From the NCBI GenBank assembly GCA_014859075.1, contig JACUUW010000001.1:1-37333 (forward strand): a stretch of 37,333 nt of DNA, given 5' to 3'. The position numbers and the translations under genes are program-made. A model generated the notes under the pieces. That model worked only from the letters and a program-made list of their open reading frames with translations. It made no database searches and was not told where the DNA came from. Source of the stretch: Desulforudis sp. Its GTDB lineage: Bacteria; Bacillota; Desulfotomaculia; Desulfotomaculales; Desulforudaceae. Shown here in pieces: positions 1 through 7,549 of the stretch. The first letter of the stretch is position 1, and each line of letters begins with the position of its first letter.

Positions 1-271
1 CCCTTACTGATCACAATAAACCTCCTCTCTCCCCTTTCGCTCGCTTTTTCAGCACCTTGTGCTTCCCATATTAAAATTAACTAAACTACTCATCACCCCT
101 TTCGCATGACTCGGCAGACCCCCAAAACTGAAGGTGTTCACCCCCCCTTCTCCCAACAGCCGTTAGATTGAAATCAGTCCCTCGTTTCCTCTTCCTGGCG
201 ATAAAGCTGTGCACTTTTACCAGGTCCGTAAGCAACAAAACCGCTCTGCACAAAGGCGGCAACCAAATAAA

Positions 272-481
272 TCACGAACCGTGATTGGATAATGCAAAAA
301 AAAGCTCGTCCACGGTAACACCGAAGAAGTCCGCCAGCCTTTTTTCGACGGTTTTCCGCGGGTGCCGCCGGCCGCCTTCGATCATGGCGTAGGCGCTTTG
401 GGTAATGCCCACCGCTTCCGCAACCTGCTGTTGGGTAAGGCCGCGACGCACGCGGAGGTTGTACATTGCTTCGTTACGCAC
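272..481 (-). CDS. XRE-family helix-turn-helix transcriptional regulator (69 aa)
   Basis: The ORF carries a typical XRE HTH (GLTQQQVAEAVGITQSAYAMIEGGRR). It lies divergent to a second HTH gene. Confidence 0.8.
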   Translation of the reverse strand: MRNEAMYNLRVRRGLTQQQVAEAVGITQSAYAMIEGGRRHPRKTVEKRLADFFGVTVDELFFALSNHGS

Positions 482-607
482 GAAACCACCTTGGCTCTTC
501 TATTTCTTTAATGTCGATAAGGCCGTTAAGACTCATCAGCAACTTTTGGAACAAGTTAATCACATAACGCGATATATGTCAATGGCTTGGCGCATAAAAA
601 ATTACTC

Positions 608-638
608 TTTGTGATAAACTGTTCTCCGGTATCACAAA
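608..638. promoter_or_regulatory. Candidate operator: perfect 9-bp inverted repeat TTTGTGATA-N13-TATCACAAA
   Basis: Read directly in the spacer between the two divergent HTH genes, about 35 nt upstream of the 674 start. Protein binding is not demonstrated. Confidence 0.3.
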
Positions 639-673
639 ATGTGTTACGTTAGGCTTAGGGTGTTGTATTGTTG

Positions 674-1117
674 ATGAAGACACTTGGCTCAAGGCTGGCC
701 GCACTGCGGCGGGAGAAAGAGCTTTCCCAGGTTGAACTGGCCCGGATGCTCAACACCGGGCAGAGCACCATCGCCATGTACGAGCGGGACAGGCGGGTCC
801 CGAATCCCGAAATGCTGGACAGGCTGGCGAATTTCTTCGGCGTTTCGGTGGACTACCTGCTGGCCCGGACGGACCGGCGGGTGGAAGCACAGAGCGCAGG
901 CAACAGCAGTATTTCCCAGCACCGGGACCAGCCCGCACCCTGCGAGCCGGGGGTGGCCTGCGCCGCGGCGGACCCGCGTTTCGCCGAACTCCTGCGGCGG
1001 CTTCCGGAACTGACCCGGGAGGAAAAAGAATCGCTGGCCGAGTACTGGGCGATGGCCCTGAAGGTCATTGAAAAAGAGCGAAGGCGGCGCAACCAGCCCC
1101 CGAACGGCAAAGAATAA
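674..1117 (+). CDS. XRE-family HTH regulator with a C-terminal extension of about 80 aa
   Basis: The N-terminal HTH reads LSQVELARMLNTGQSTIAMYERDRRVPN...LANFFGVSVDYLL. I prefer ATG 674 over the TTG at 668 used in the ORF track. Confidence 0.8.
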   Translation: MKTLGSRLAALRREKELSQVELARMLNTGQSTIAMYERDRRVPNPEMLDRLANFFGVSVDYLLARTDRRVEAQSAGNSSISQHRDQPAPCEPGVACAAADPRFAELLRRLPELTREEKESLAEYWAMALKVIEKERRRRNQPPNGKE

Positions 1118-1150
1118 CCCCGTCACTTGCAGGCGGGGTTTAATTTTTTT
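1116..1150 (+). terminator. Rho-independent terminator after the HTH gene
   Basis: Stem AACCCCGTC / GGCGGGGTT (one G-U pair), 7-nt loop, followed by TAATTTTTTT. Confidence 0.55.
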
Positions 1151-1229
1151 GTTCGACTTCTTTCCGACCGAATCTGGCGGGGCACCTGTAGTACAATGTA
1201 ACCAATCTAGGTTTGGAGTCCTAAATATT

Positions 1230-1688
1230 ATGGGTACTGGAGTCCTAAAAGCCCTGAAGATAATTGCAAAATACGGGCTTGATACGTTTCCCGGCACGCG
1301 GGCTCTTTGCCGCATAATCCGCAAGAAGGAGCTGCTGTTGGGTTACCACCCGTTCAAAGGCCGCATCAAAGGCATCTACACCCGCACGCCTGACGGCATC
1401 ACCCTGCTTACGGTGCGCAATGGATTGCCGGAATCCGAACTGAAACACGCCCTGGCCTGCGGCCTTGGTTACCACCTTCTGTGTCCCGACCCCGGGCTCT
1501 ATCTGTTGGGTTTCCGGGACGCGAAGGCCGAATCCCGGGTCGGGGCCTTCGCCGCTCTGCTTCTCGTGCCGCCCGCCGCTTACGCCGGGAAGACGGCACA
1601 CCCGCCCGCGGAGTTGGCGCGGGTCGGCCGGATACCCGACCATGCGGCCCGCCTGAGAACCCTGCTCGCCGTCCGGTACAAAGTCTAG
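1230..1688 (+). CDS. ImmA/IrrE (COG2856)-like domain protein with a degenerate metal-binding motif
   Basis: HALACGLGYHLL sits where HExxH is expected. The family-typical E..VGAFAALLLVP follows. ATG 1230 is preceded by GGAG. The track start at 1068 overlaps the upstream gene and its terminator. Confidence 0.55.
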   Translation: MGTGVLKALKIIAKYGLDTFPGTRALCRIIRKKELLLGYHPFKGRIKGIYTRTPDGITLLTVRNGLPESELKHALACGLGYHLLCPDPGLYLLGFRDAKAESRVGAFAALLLVPPAAYAGKTAHPPAELARVGRIPDHAARLRTLLAVRYKV

Positions 1689-1724
1689 TTCCGGGCTTAC
1701 AAGGGTGAAAGATCCTGAAACAAG

Positions 1725-1759
1725 ATACCCGCTTAATGATTAGCGGGTACTTGATTTTT
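1725..1759 (+). terminator. Rho-independent terminator between convergent genes
   Basis: Stem ATACCCGCT / AGCGGGTAC, 8-nt loop, then TTGATTTTT. Confidence 0.55.
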
Positions 1760-1777
1760 CCATTGTCTTTTCTCTCT

Positions 1778-2617
1778 CTACGGCAGGTTGATCACCTGAC
1801 CGATCTGCAATCGGTTCGGGTCCACCCCCGGGTTGGCGGCCTGGATGGCCGCTACCGTGGTGCCGAACCGCTGGGCCAGTCTAAAGAAGGTGTCCCCGGC
1901 CTGGATGGTGTAGGTCCTGCCCGAAGGGGTCGGGGTCGGCTTGACTTCTTTTTCGGGCGGCTTAACCTTGTCGACAATCGGGCAGACGATCTCCGCACCC
2001 GGCCGCAGGCACTCAAAGACCTTCTTCTGCTCGATATCGGTCACCCGCACGGTCACCTTGATCACCAGCTTAACGGCTATTCGGCGGGCATCTTCCAGGC
2101 TCACGGAGGCGAACTCGGCTTCGGCCATCACGTTGACATCGGCTCCGGGCTCCGCACCGGGTACTTCAAGGAAGGCGGTAAACGGAACCTCGACTTCAAA
2201 GGCGTGCACCTGCTGGTCCGGTGCGTCGCGCACGTAGGTTATCTTGAGGGTGACGACCCCCCGGACGATCACTTTGTTGGTGATGACCTCGGTCTCGGTA
2301 ACCGTAACATCGGTGACAAAAGCTTCCAGCACTTTCTGGGCGTCCGGCTTCGGCTGGGGAATGGTGACCACCTCGCGGAGGGTAACCTGCACCTGGTCAT
2401 CCTCGTTGAGAATCTGGTCCAGGAACAGGGTGACCTGCCGGATGGCGTCCGCATCCAGGAGGCAGGCCAACAGGTCGTCGTCCATCCGTACCACCAGCTG
2501 CTTCCGAATCTGTTCCATCACCTTGGCCCGGAGCAACAGTACAGCCGTAACGGCAATCTCGCACTCGTTCTTAACCCGGGCGTTGACATCTTCAATCTCC
2601 ACCTGGATCGTAACCAT
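1778..2617 (-). CDS. C-terminal fragment of a SipL-like protein: DUF3794-type repeat plus C-terminal LysM domain
   Basis: The LysM signature is at the C-terminus ([40 protein letters not shown]). The fragment is in the same reading frame as 2651..3409, separated only by a TAG and 11 sense codons. Confidence 0.75.
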   Translation of the reverse strand: MVTIQVEIEDVNARVKNECEIAVTAVLLLRAKVMEQIRKQLVVRMDDDLLACLLDADAIRQVTLFLDQILNEDDQVQVTLREVVTIPQPKPDAQKVLEAFVTDVTVTETEVITNKVIVRGVVTLKITYVRDAPDQQVHAFEVEVPFTAFLEVPGAEPGADVNVMAEAEFASVSLEDARRIAVKLVIKVTVRVTDIEQKKVFECLRPGAEIVCPIVDKVKPPEKEVKPTPTPSGRTYTIQAGDTFFRLAQRFGTTVAAIQAANPGVDPNRLQIGQVINLP

Positions 2618-2650
2618 GTCGCCGGTGCGGGCCCCGGGCAGCTCAATAAA

Positions 2651-3409
2651 CTACGTGAAGGGAATTTCGATGTGGGCGTGATGCACCGGCTGGGTGGGAA
2701 AGTCGGCGACGTAGATAATCTGGATGGTCAGCACGCCCTCCACGAGCACCTTGTCCTTGATAACCTCTTTCTTGGTGATCGTCACATCGGCAATGGTATC
2801 GATGATTTCCTTGGGGCAGGGCTTCTTACCCTGGAACAATTGCCGGATATCAATCTGGTCGCTGACCGCCACCTGCCTTCGCCCGACCGCCTTCACAATG
2901 TCCAGCTTCACCTGTTCTCTGACAAACCGGTTCTGGGCTCCCGGAAGATCAATGAGCAGTTGCTTCGGTTCGGCCTCCGTCACCTTGACGAAAATGCGGA
3001 TAATGAGCGTGACCAGGATCTGCCGCTTGTCCTTGGGATCAAGATCGGCCTTGACTTTTTCGATCGTGATCTGGGTGAACACGTCCAATCCCGGCCGGGC
3101 TCCCGGAATGTGCACCGATTCCGCGAATTCGATTTGGCCGCGTACGTGGTGCACCGGCTGGCTCGGGAAATCAGCGACGAAAGTGACGTTAAAAGTGGCC
3201 TTCCCCTGGACGATGACCTTATCGGGAATGATCTCGGTTTCTTTTTCTTCAACTTTGGCCCGAACCGCCAGGACCTGTTCCGCCTCCGGCTTCTGCTTGG
3301 GAATGGTAATCCGGCCGCGCACCACGGTCTGTACCGCCTTTTCGCCGATGACCTGCCGTACCACTTCTTCCTGGCAGACGATCCTTACCTTGAGTTCATG
3401 ACCGCTCAC
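2651..3409 (-). CDS. N-terminal fragment of the same SipL-like DUF3794 repeat protein, ending at an in-frame TAG
   Basis: It is collinear with paralog 3515..4987. The GTG start at 3409 sits 8 nt after AGGAGGAA and aligns with MSHITKVRIV of the paralog. The track start at 3484 has no RBS. Confidence 0.75.
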   Translation of the reverse strand: MSGHELKVRIVCQEEVVRQVIGEKAVQTVVRGRITIPKQKPEAEQVLAVRAKVEEKETEIIPDKVIVQGKATFNVTFVADFPSQPVHHVRGQIEFAESVHIPGARPGLDVFTQITIEKVKADLDPKDKRQILVTLIIRIFVKVTEAEPKQLLIDLPGAQNRFVREQVKLDIVKAVGRRQVAVSDQIDIRQLFQGKKPCPKEIIDTIADVTITKKEVIKDKVLVEGVLTIQIIYVADFPTQPVHHAHIEIPFT

Positions 3410-3415
3410 AAAAAA

Positions 3416-3465
3416 CTTCCTCCTTTCGGCATGTTTGATATCAATATATGCCTCAAAGGAGGAAG
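3416..3465 (-). promoter_or_regulatory. Leader hairpin pairing an anti-SD with the Shine-Dalgarno of the downstream DUF3794 gene
   Basis: On the minus strand CTTCCTCCTTT..GGCAT-loop-ATGCC..AAAGGAGGAAG forms an 11+5 bp stem. The SD lies in the 3' arm. Confidence 0.45.
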
Positions 3466-3514
3466 TGTGAGCACCGCCGGCCAACCGGTGATAACGGTAC
3501 AGTGGATCTTTCGG

Positions 3515-4987
3515 TTAAGTTGTGACCATTTTCGGATCCAGCGGGTCCAGTTTCGGACATTCCACCACGGCGCTCGGCCGCAGGCATTCAAATACCCTCT
3601 TCTGTACGATGTCGGCCACCCGGACGGTGATCCGCAGCACCAGCTTGACGGCCACCCGGCGGTCGTTATCCAGGGAGGCCTGGGCGAACTCGGCATTCAC
3701 CATCACGTTGACGTCAACCCCGGGTTCGGCTCCGGGCACATCAATGAAGGCGGTAAACGGAATCTCGGCCTCAAAAGCGTGCACCGGCTGGTCGGGCCGG
3801 TCGGCCACGTACACTACCTTGACGGTCGCCACGCCCCGGACAATGACCTTGTTGGGGATCACTTCGGTCTCGGTGACCTCGATGTCGGTGACAATGGCCT
3901 CCAGAATCTTCTGGGCGGCCGGCTTTTCTTGGGGGATGGTGACGATTTCACGCAGGGTGACCTGAACCATGTCTTCCTCGTTGAGGATCTGATCCAGGAA
4001 GAGGGTTACCGGTCGTATGGCCTGCTCCAGCAGGAGGCACTGCAGGAGGTCCTGATCGATCTTCACCACCAGCTCCTTCTGGATCTGCTTCACAATTCGC
4101 GCCTTGACTTCCAGGACGACGGTGATCATGATCTCGCACTCGTCCTTGACCCGGGCGCTGGCATCCTCGATCCGCACCTGCACGTTCACCATGTCGCCCG
4201 GACGCGCCTTGGGCAGGTCCACAAACGTGACGAAGGGGATTTCAAAGTGGGCGTGGTGGACCGGCTGACTCTTGATCAGGGCCACATAGATCACCTGGAC
4301 GGTGATTGTGCCCTCCACCAGGACCTTGCCGTCAATGACTTCCTTCTTGTCAATGGTGACGTCGGTAATGGTGTCGAGGATCTCCTCCGGGCAGGGCTTC
4401 TTGGCCTCAAAAAGTCGCAAAATGTCAAACTGCTCACTCACCGCTACCTGCCGTTTCCCCATCGCCTTGACGATATCCAGTTTGACCGGTTCGATTCTAA
4501 AACGCTTCTCGGCACCGGGAAGATCAATCAGAAGCTGCTTCCGTTCGACTTCAACCACTTTCACAAAAATACGCAGGATAACCGTGACGGTGATTCTTCT
4601 GGGGTCCCTGGGATCCAACTCGCCCTTGACCGTTTCAATGGTGATCTGCTTCACCACGTCCTGATCGGGCCGGGCCCCGGGAATAGGTACCGACTCCGCG
4701 AATTCGATTTGGCCGCGTACGTGGTGTACCGGCTGGTCGGGTTTGTCGGCCACGAAAGTCACGTTCAAGACCAGCTTCCCCTGAATGATCACTTTATCGG
4801 CAATGATGTCTTCTTCCTGTTCATCCTCCTCAATTTGGGCGCGTACCGCCAGGATCTGTTCGGCGCGCGGCTTCTCATTGGGAATGGTGATAGTGCCGCG
4901 GACCACGGTCTGTACTGTCTTTTCACCGATGACCTGCTGCACGTTCTCTTCCTGGCAGACGATCCTAACCTTAGTAATGTGGCTCAT
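3515..4987 (-). CDS. DUF3794 repeat protein, an intact paralog lacking LysM (490 aa)
   Basis: It has internal repeats of about 130 aa (..TIP..KP.AEQIL...DKVI.QG...V.YVAD.PDQPVHH..). ATG follows AGGAGGAA. It is similar to 1778..3409 along its whole length. Confidence 0.85.
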   Translation of the reverse strand: MSHITKVRIVCQEENVQQVIGEKTVQTVVRGTITIPNEKPRAEQILAVRAQIEEDEQEEDIIADKVIIQGKLVLNVTFVADKPDQPVHHVRGQIEFAESVPIPGARPDQDVVKQITIETVKGELDPRDPRRITVTVILRIFVKVVEVERKQLLIDLPGAEKRFRIEPVKLDIVKAMGKRQVAVSEQFDILRLFEAKKPCPEEILDTITDVTIDKKEVIDGKVLVEGTITVQVIYVALIKSQPVHHAHFEIPFVTFVDLPKARPGDMVNVQVRIEDASARVKDECEIMITVVLEVKARIVKQIQKELVVKIDQDLLQCLLLEQAIRPVTLFLDQILNEEDMVQVTLREIVTIPQEKPAAQKILEAIVTDIEVTETEVIPNKVIVRGVATVKVVYVADRPDQPVHAFEAEIPFTAFIDVPGAEPGVDVNVMVNAEFAQASLDNDRRVAVKLVLRITVRVADIVQKRVFECLRPSAVVECPKLDPLDPKMVTT

Positions 4988-4993
4988 AATAAA

Positions 4994-5041
4994 TTCCTCC
5001 TTTCCGGCATTTTGCTACCAATATATGCCGAAAAAGAGGAA
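4994..5041 (-). promoter_or_regulatory. Leader hairpin sequestering the Shine-Dalgarno (second copy)
   Basis: TTCCTCTTTTTCGGCAT-loop-ATGCCGGAAAGGAGGAA forms a 17-bp stem. The two differences from a perfect complement are G-U pairs. Confidence 0.45.
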
Positions 5042-5099
5042 GTGTGTGCGGTCAGTCAGTCAATCGGCAAACAACTGCCGCAAATTTTTTGCGTATCGG

Positions 5100-6035
5100 C
5101 TATTTCCCAATAAACATTTGCGTCCAGTAGTTGCCGTAGCTGCCGCCCACCGCGTGTCCCACGCCGATATGCGTGAAGTTGGCGTTCAGAATGTTGGACC
5201 GGTGTCCGGAGGAGTTCATCCAACCCTGCATCGCGGCTTCCGGGGTACGCTGTCCGGCGGCGATGTTCTCACCCGCCGTGCGGTAGGTGATGCCGAACTG
5301 GCGCATCATTTGGAACGGGGAACCGTAGGTCGGAGAGGTGTGCGAGAAGTACCTTTTGTCCCGCATGTCCTCCGACTTGAGCCGGGCCACCTTCGCCAAC
5401 TGATGGTCAACGGTCAGCGGCTTCAGTCCGTACTTGGCCCGTTCGGCGTTCACCAACTGCGCCACTTTCGCCTCGTAAGCGCTCAGGGAACCCGGGGTTG
5501 ACGGCGGCTGCGGTTCGGGTTCGGGGTTCGGCGCCGGCGGCTGCGGCGGCGGCGTGGGATCGGGTTTGGGGTCGGGTTTCGGGTCCGGCTGCGGCGGCGG
5601 AGCTGGGGCGTTCGTACCGCCCCCGATCTGGATCAGCATCGTGGTATTGTTTCTGATCGCCACGCCGACTTGGTCATAGCGGGACTGCATGGCGTATGCA
5701 GAAGTGGATCTGGTTAACACCTGAGCAACCAGGTCCGCGTTTCCGGACCCGACTCGCAGTGCACACGCGTACCGGTAGGATATACCCTGGTCACGCATCA
5801 AACCAAACACACTCGAACCGGTCTGGAGGTGAGTCCGGGCCACATTGGACAACGGATCGCTGATGGTGAAGGGCTGTACTCCGGCCCTTTCCCGGGCCTG
5901 GTTTATTCCCTCGACCAGTCTCGTTTCTTCGGCGGAAGGTGCGTTCGCATCAGCCGGAACACTTGGTACTAATAACGCGACAGTCAACAACAGGGCGATG
6001 GCGACGGTCAAAAGCTTCTTGTTTGCCACCCGCAT
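5100..6035 (-). CDS. Secreted CAP/SCP-domain protein, YkwD-like
   Basis: Signal peptide MRVANKKLLTVAIALLLTVALLVPSVPADA. The C-terminal CAP domain reads ..HTSPTYGSPFQMM..GENIA..GWMNSSGHRSNIL...HIGVG. ATG 6035 follows AAGGAGG. Confidence 0.85.
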   Translation of the reverse strand: MRVANKKLLTVAIALLLTVALLVPSVPADANAPSAEETRLVEGINQARERAGVQPFTISDPLSNVARTHLQTGSSVFGLMRDQGISYRYACALRVGSGNADLVAQVLTRSTSAYAMQSRYDQVGVAIRNNTTMLIQIGGGTNAPAPPPQPDPKPDPKPDPTPPPQPPAPNPEPEPQPPSTPGSLSAYEAKVAQLVNAERAKYGLKPLTVDHQLAKVARLKSEDMRDKRYFSHTSPTYGSPFQMMRQFGITYRTAGENIAAGQRTPEAAMQGWMNSSGHRSNILNANFTHIGVGHAVGGSYGNYWTQMFIGK

Positions 6036-6280
6036 GAAAGACCTCCTTTTCCCAAATTTGGACTTGTCCAACCAGATTGTAAACCAACAGACGAGATTCG
6101 ACAAATCTGTCTGTTTTTGCTCTCGCTTGGTATCTTTGGTTGGTTGGGGTAACTTGACCTAATATTAGCTTGATAATGAAATTATAACTATAATGGTACA
6201 TATTGGCGTACTAACGATAAAGCTCCAAAAGGACTCGGCCGTTGCCACCATATCGACCGGTACCGGTCAAACGGCTTGCA

Positions 6281-6310
6281 AAAGGGAAAACCACCGGGAA
6301 TCCCCGGTGG
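6281..6310 (-). terminator. Rho-independent terminator after the small-peptide pair
   Basis: Minus strand stem CCACCGGG / CCCGGTGG followed by TTTTCCCTTTT. Confidence 0.6.
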
Positions 6311-6331
6311 TCGGATCGCAATGCCGGTGTC

Positions 6332-6538
6332 TTATTTCTTTACATTGATCAGCGGTTCACAGAAATCCCAGTCCGGGCAGGCCCCGTTGTTAATGGTGAC
6401 ACAATTGGACAGCAGCACATAGATGACCTTCAAGGGCGCTACGCACTTGTTCTTTAGGAACAATTGGGCTTCCGCTTCGGAAGTGCCGAGTTCGCCCACC
6501 GCATCCACTGCGGCCTTGATTTGTTCTTTGTCAAACAT
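6332..6538 (-). CDS. Small 4-Cys peptide (68 aa), paralog 2
   Basis: ATG 6538 lies 7 nt after AGGAGGG. The C-terminal 33 aa are nearly identical to the upstream paralog. Confidence 0.6.
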   Translation of the reverse strand: MFDKEQIKAAVDAVGELGTSEAEAQLFLKNKCVAPLKVIYVLLSNCVTINNGACPDWDFCEPLINVKK

Positions 6539-6558
6539 TGTTTGACCCTCCTTTGTAA

Positions 6559-6780
6559 TTACTTTTTTCCACACAACGGATCACAGAAATCCCAGTCGGG
6601 GCAAGCCCCGTTGTTGATGGTGACGCAGTTGGTAAGAATGATATAGATTACTTTCAACGGCGTCTTGCACTTGCCCAACAAGTCCCCACTTTTCTGCGGG
6701 GGCCCGGGCCAGAACCTTTGGTCTTTCAGCTCCCGCGTCTCCGCTTTTTCGATCAGTTTTTCCAGATCTTCCTTTCCCAT
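6559..6780 (-). CDS. Small 4-Cys peptide (73 aa), paralog 1
   Basis: ATG 6780 follows AAGGGAGGG. The C-terminus is KCKTPLKVIYIILTNCVTINNGACPDWDFCDPL. The gap to paralog 2 is 20 nt. Confidence 0.6.
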   Translation of the reverse strand: MGKEDLEKLIEKAETRELKDQRFWPGPPQKSGDLLGKCKTPLKVIYIILTNCVTINNGACPDWDFCDPLCGKK

Positions 6781-6918
6781 TGGCTTCCCTCCCTTACTCG
6801 CCCCTCGGCGACTGTTCATGCCATCATATGACCGGTCAAAACATAGTGTGCGGCTGGTCAATCAGTTAGACATGCCACAGTGATACTCCCGCCGATCGGC
6901 TCTCGTACTCAGTCCGGC

Positions 6919-7314
6919 CTACAGCTGCAGAGCCTCGTTCGGCTTGTAGATGACTACACCCAAGCCGTCCGAAACCACCAGCGATACCGGCGCTCCGGAA
7001 TCTTCAGCCACAAAGCTGGTCAGAATGAACATTTTCTTGGTGTCATATGCCTTATTGAAACGGCGGAACATCAACTCGTCCACACCGGAAATCACGGTGA
7101 TTTCCCCGTCGTGCCCGCAGACCTCCAGACTGAAACGACCGTCGTCCTGTCGTTTGAAACCAACCCGTACAGTGGCTTGACTGCCCGTCTCCACGCAACG
7201 GGCCACCTGTTCGGTAAGACCGTTGACTTCGGACAGTGCCCGATCCCGGTCAAGAAAACGGGCGCCGATGACGGGCACCCCATTAATAGATGCAAAGGCT
7301 GCTTCGAAACACAT
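6919..7314 (-). CDS. Hypothetical protein (131 aa), no family recognised
   Basis: ATG follows GAGGAGGG. The ORF lies on the same strand as its neighbours. Confidence 0.55.
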   Translation of the reverse strand: MCFEAAFASINGVPVIGARFLDRDRALSEVNGLTEQVARCVETGSQATVRVGFKRQDDGRFSLEVCGHDGEITVISGVDELMFRRFNKAYDTKKMFILTSFVAEDSGAPVSLVVSDGLGVVIYKPNEALQL

Positions 7315-7549
7315 AAGGCACCCTCCTCTTTGGCTCCATGGTATGAATCACCCGGAGGGTTTGTTAGTGATCATTCCCTTGCGATGTAATGTTTTCCATT
7401 ATACCGTGATCCCGGGATTCAATCCTCGAATCCGGCTTCATGCGGCCTTCCATCTCAGTCCTACGACCAACTCTATTCCGGTTTTTAAATGCGGCTACCG
7501 CATTCGCTCCGCCAGTCCGACGACCGGTGACCAAGACTGGCGACTGCTA

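Noticed and set aside
1-29. Possible start of a minus-strand gene running off the left edge (GAGAGGAGG then GTG at 14..12)
   Set aside because: Only four codons are visible, so it cannot be evaluated.
1736-5113. A 1125-aa ORF on the plus strand, spanning both DUF3794 genes
   Set aside because: It is the codon-aligned antisense frame of two well-supported minus-strand genes, both in the same phase. In that frame stops arise only from sense TTA, CTA or TCA codons, which these GC-biased genes do not use. It has no RBS and its composition is low-complexity, rich in G, D, L, H and R. I treat it as a shadow ORF.
6088-6118. Terminator-like hairpin CAGACGAGATT/AATCTGTCTG followed by TTTTT on the plus strand
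   Set aside because: There is no credible plus-strand gene upstream for it to terminate. On the minus strand it sits in the leader of the YkwD-like gene without a U-tract. Its function is unclear and I have left it uncalled.
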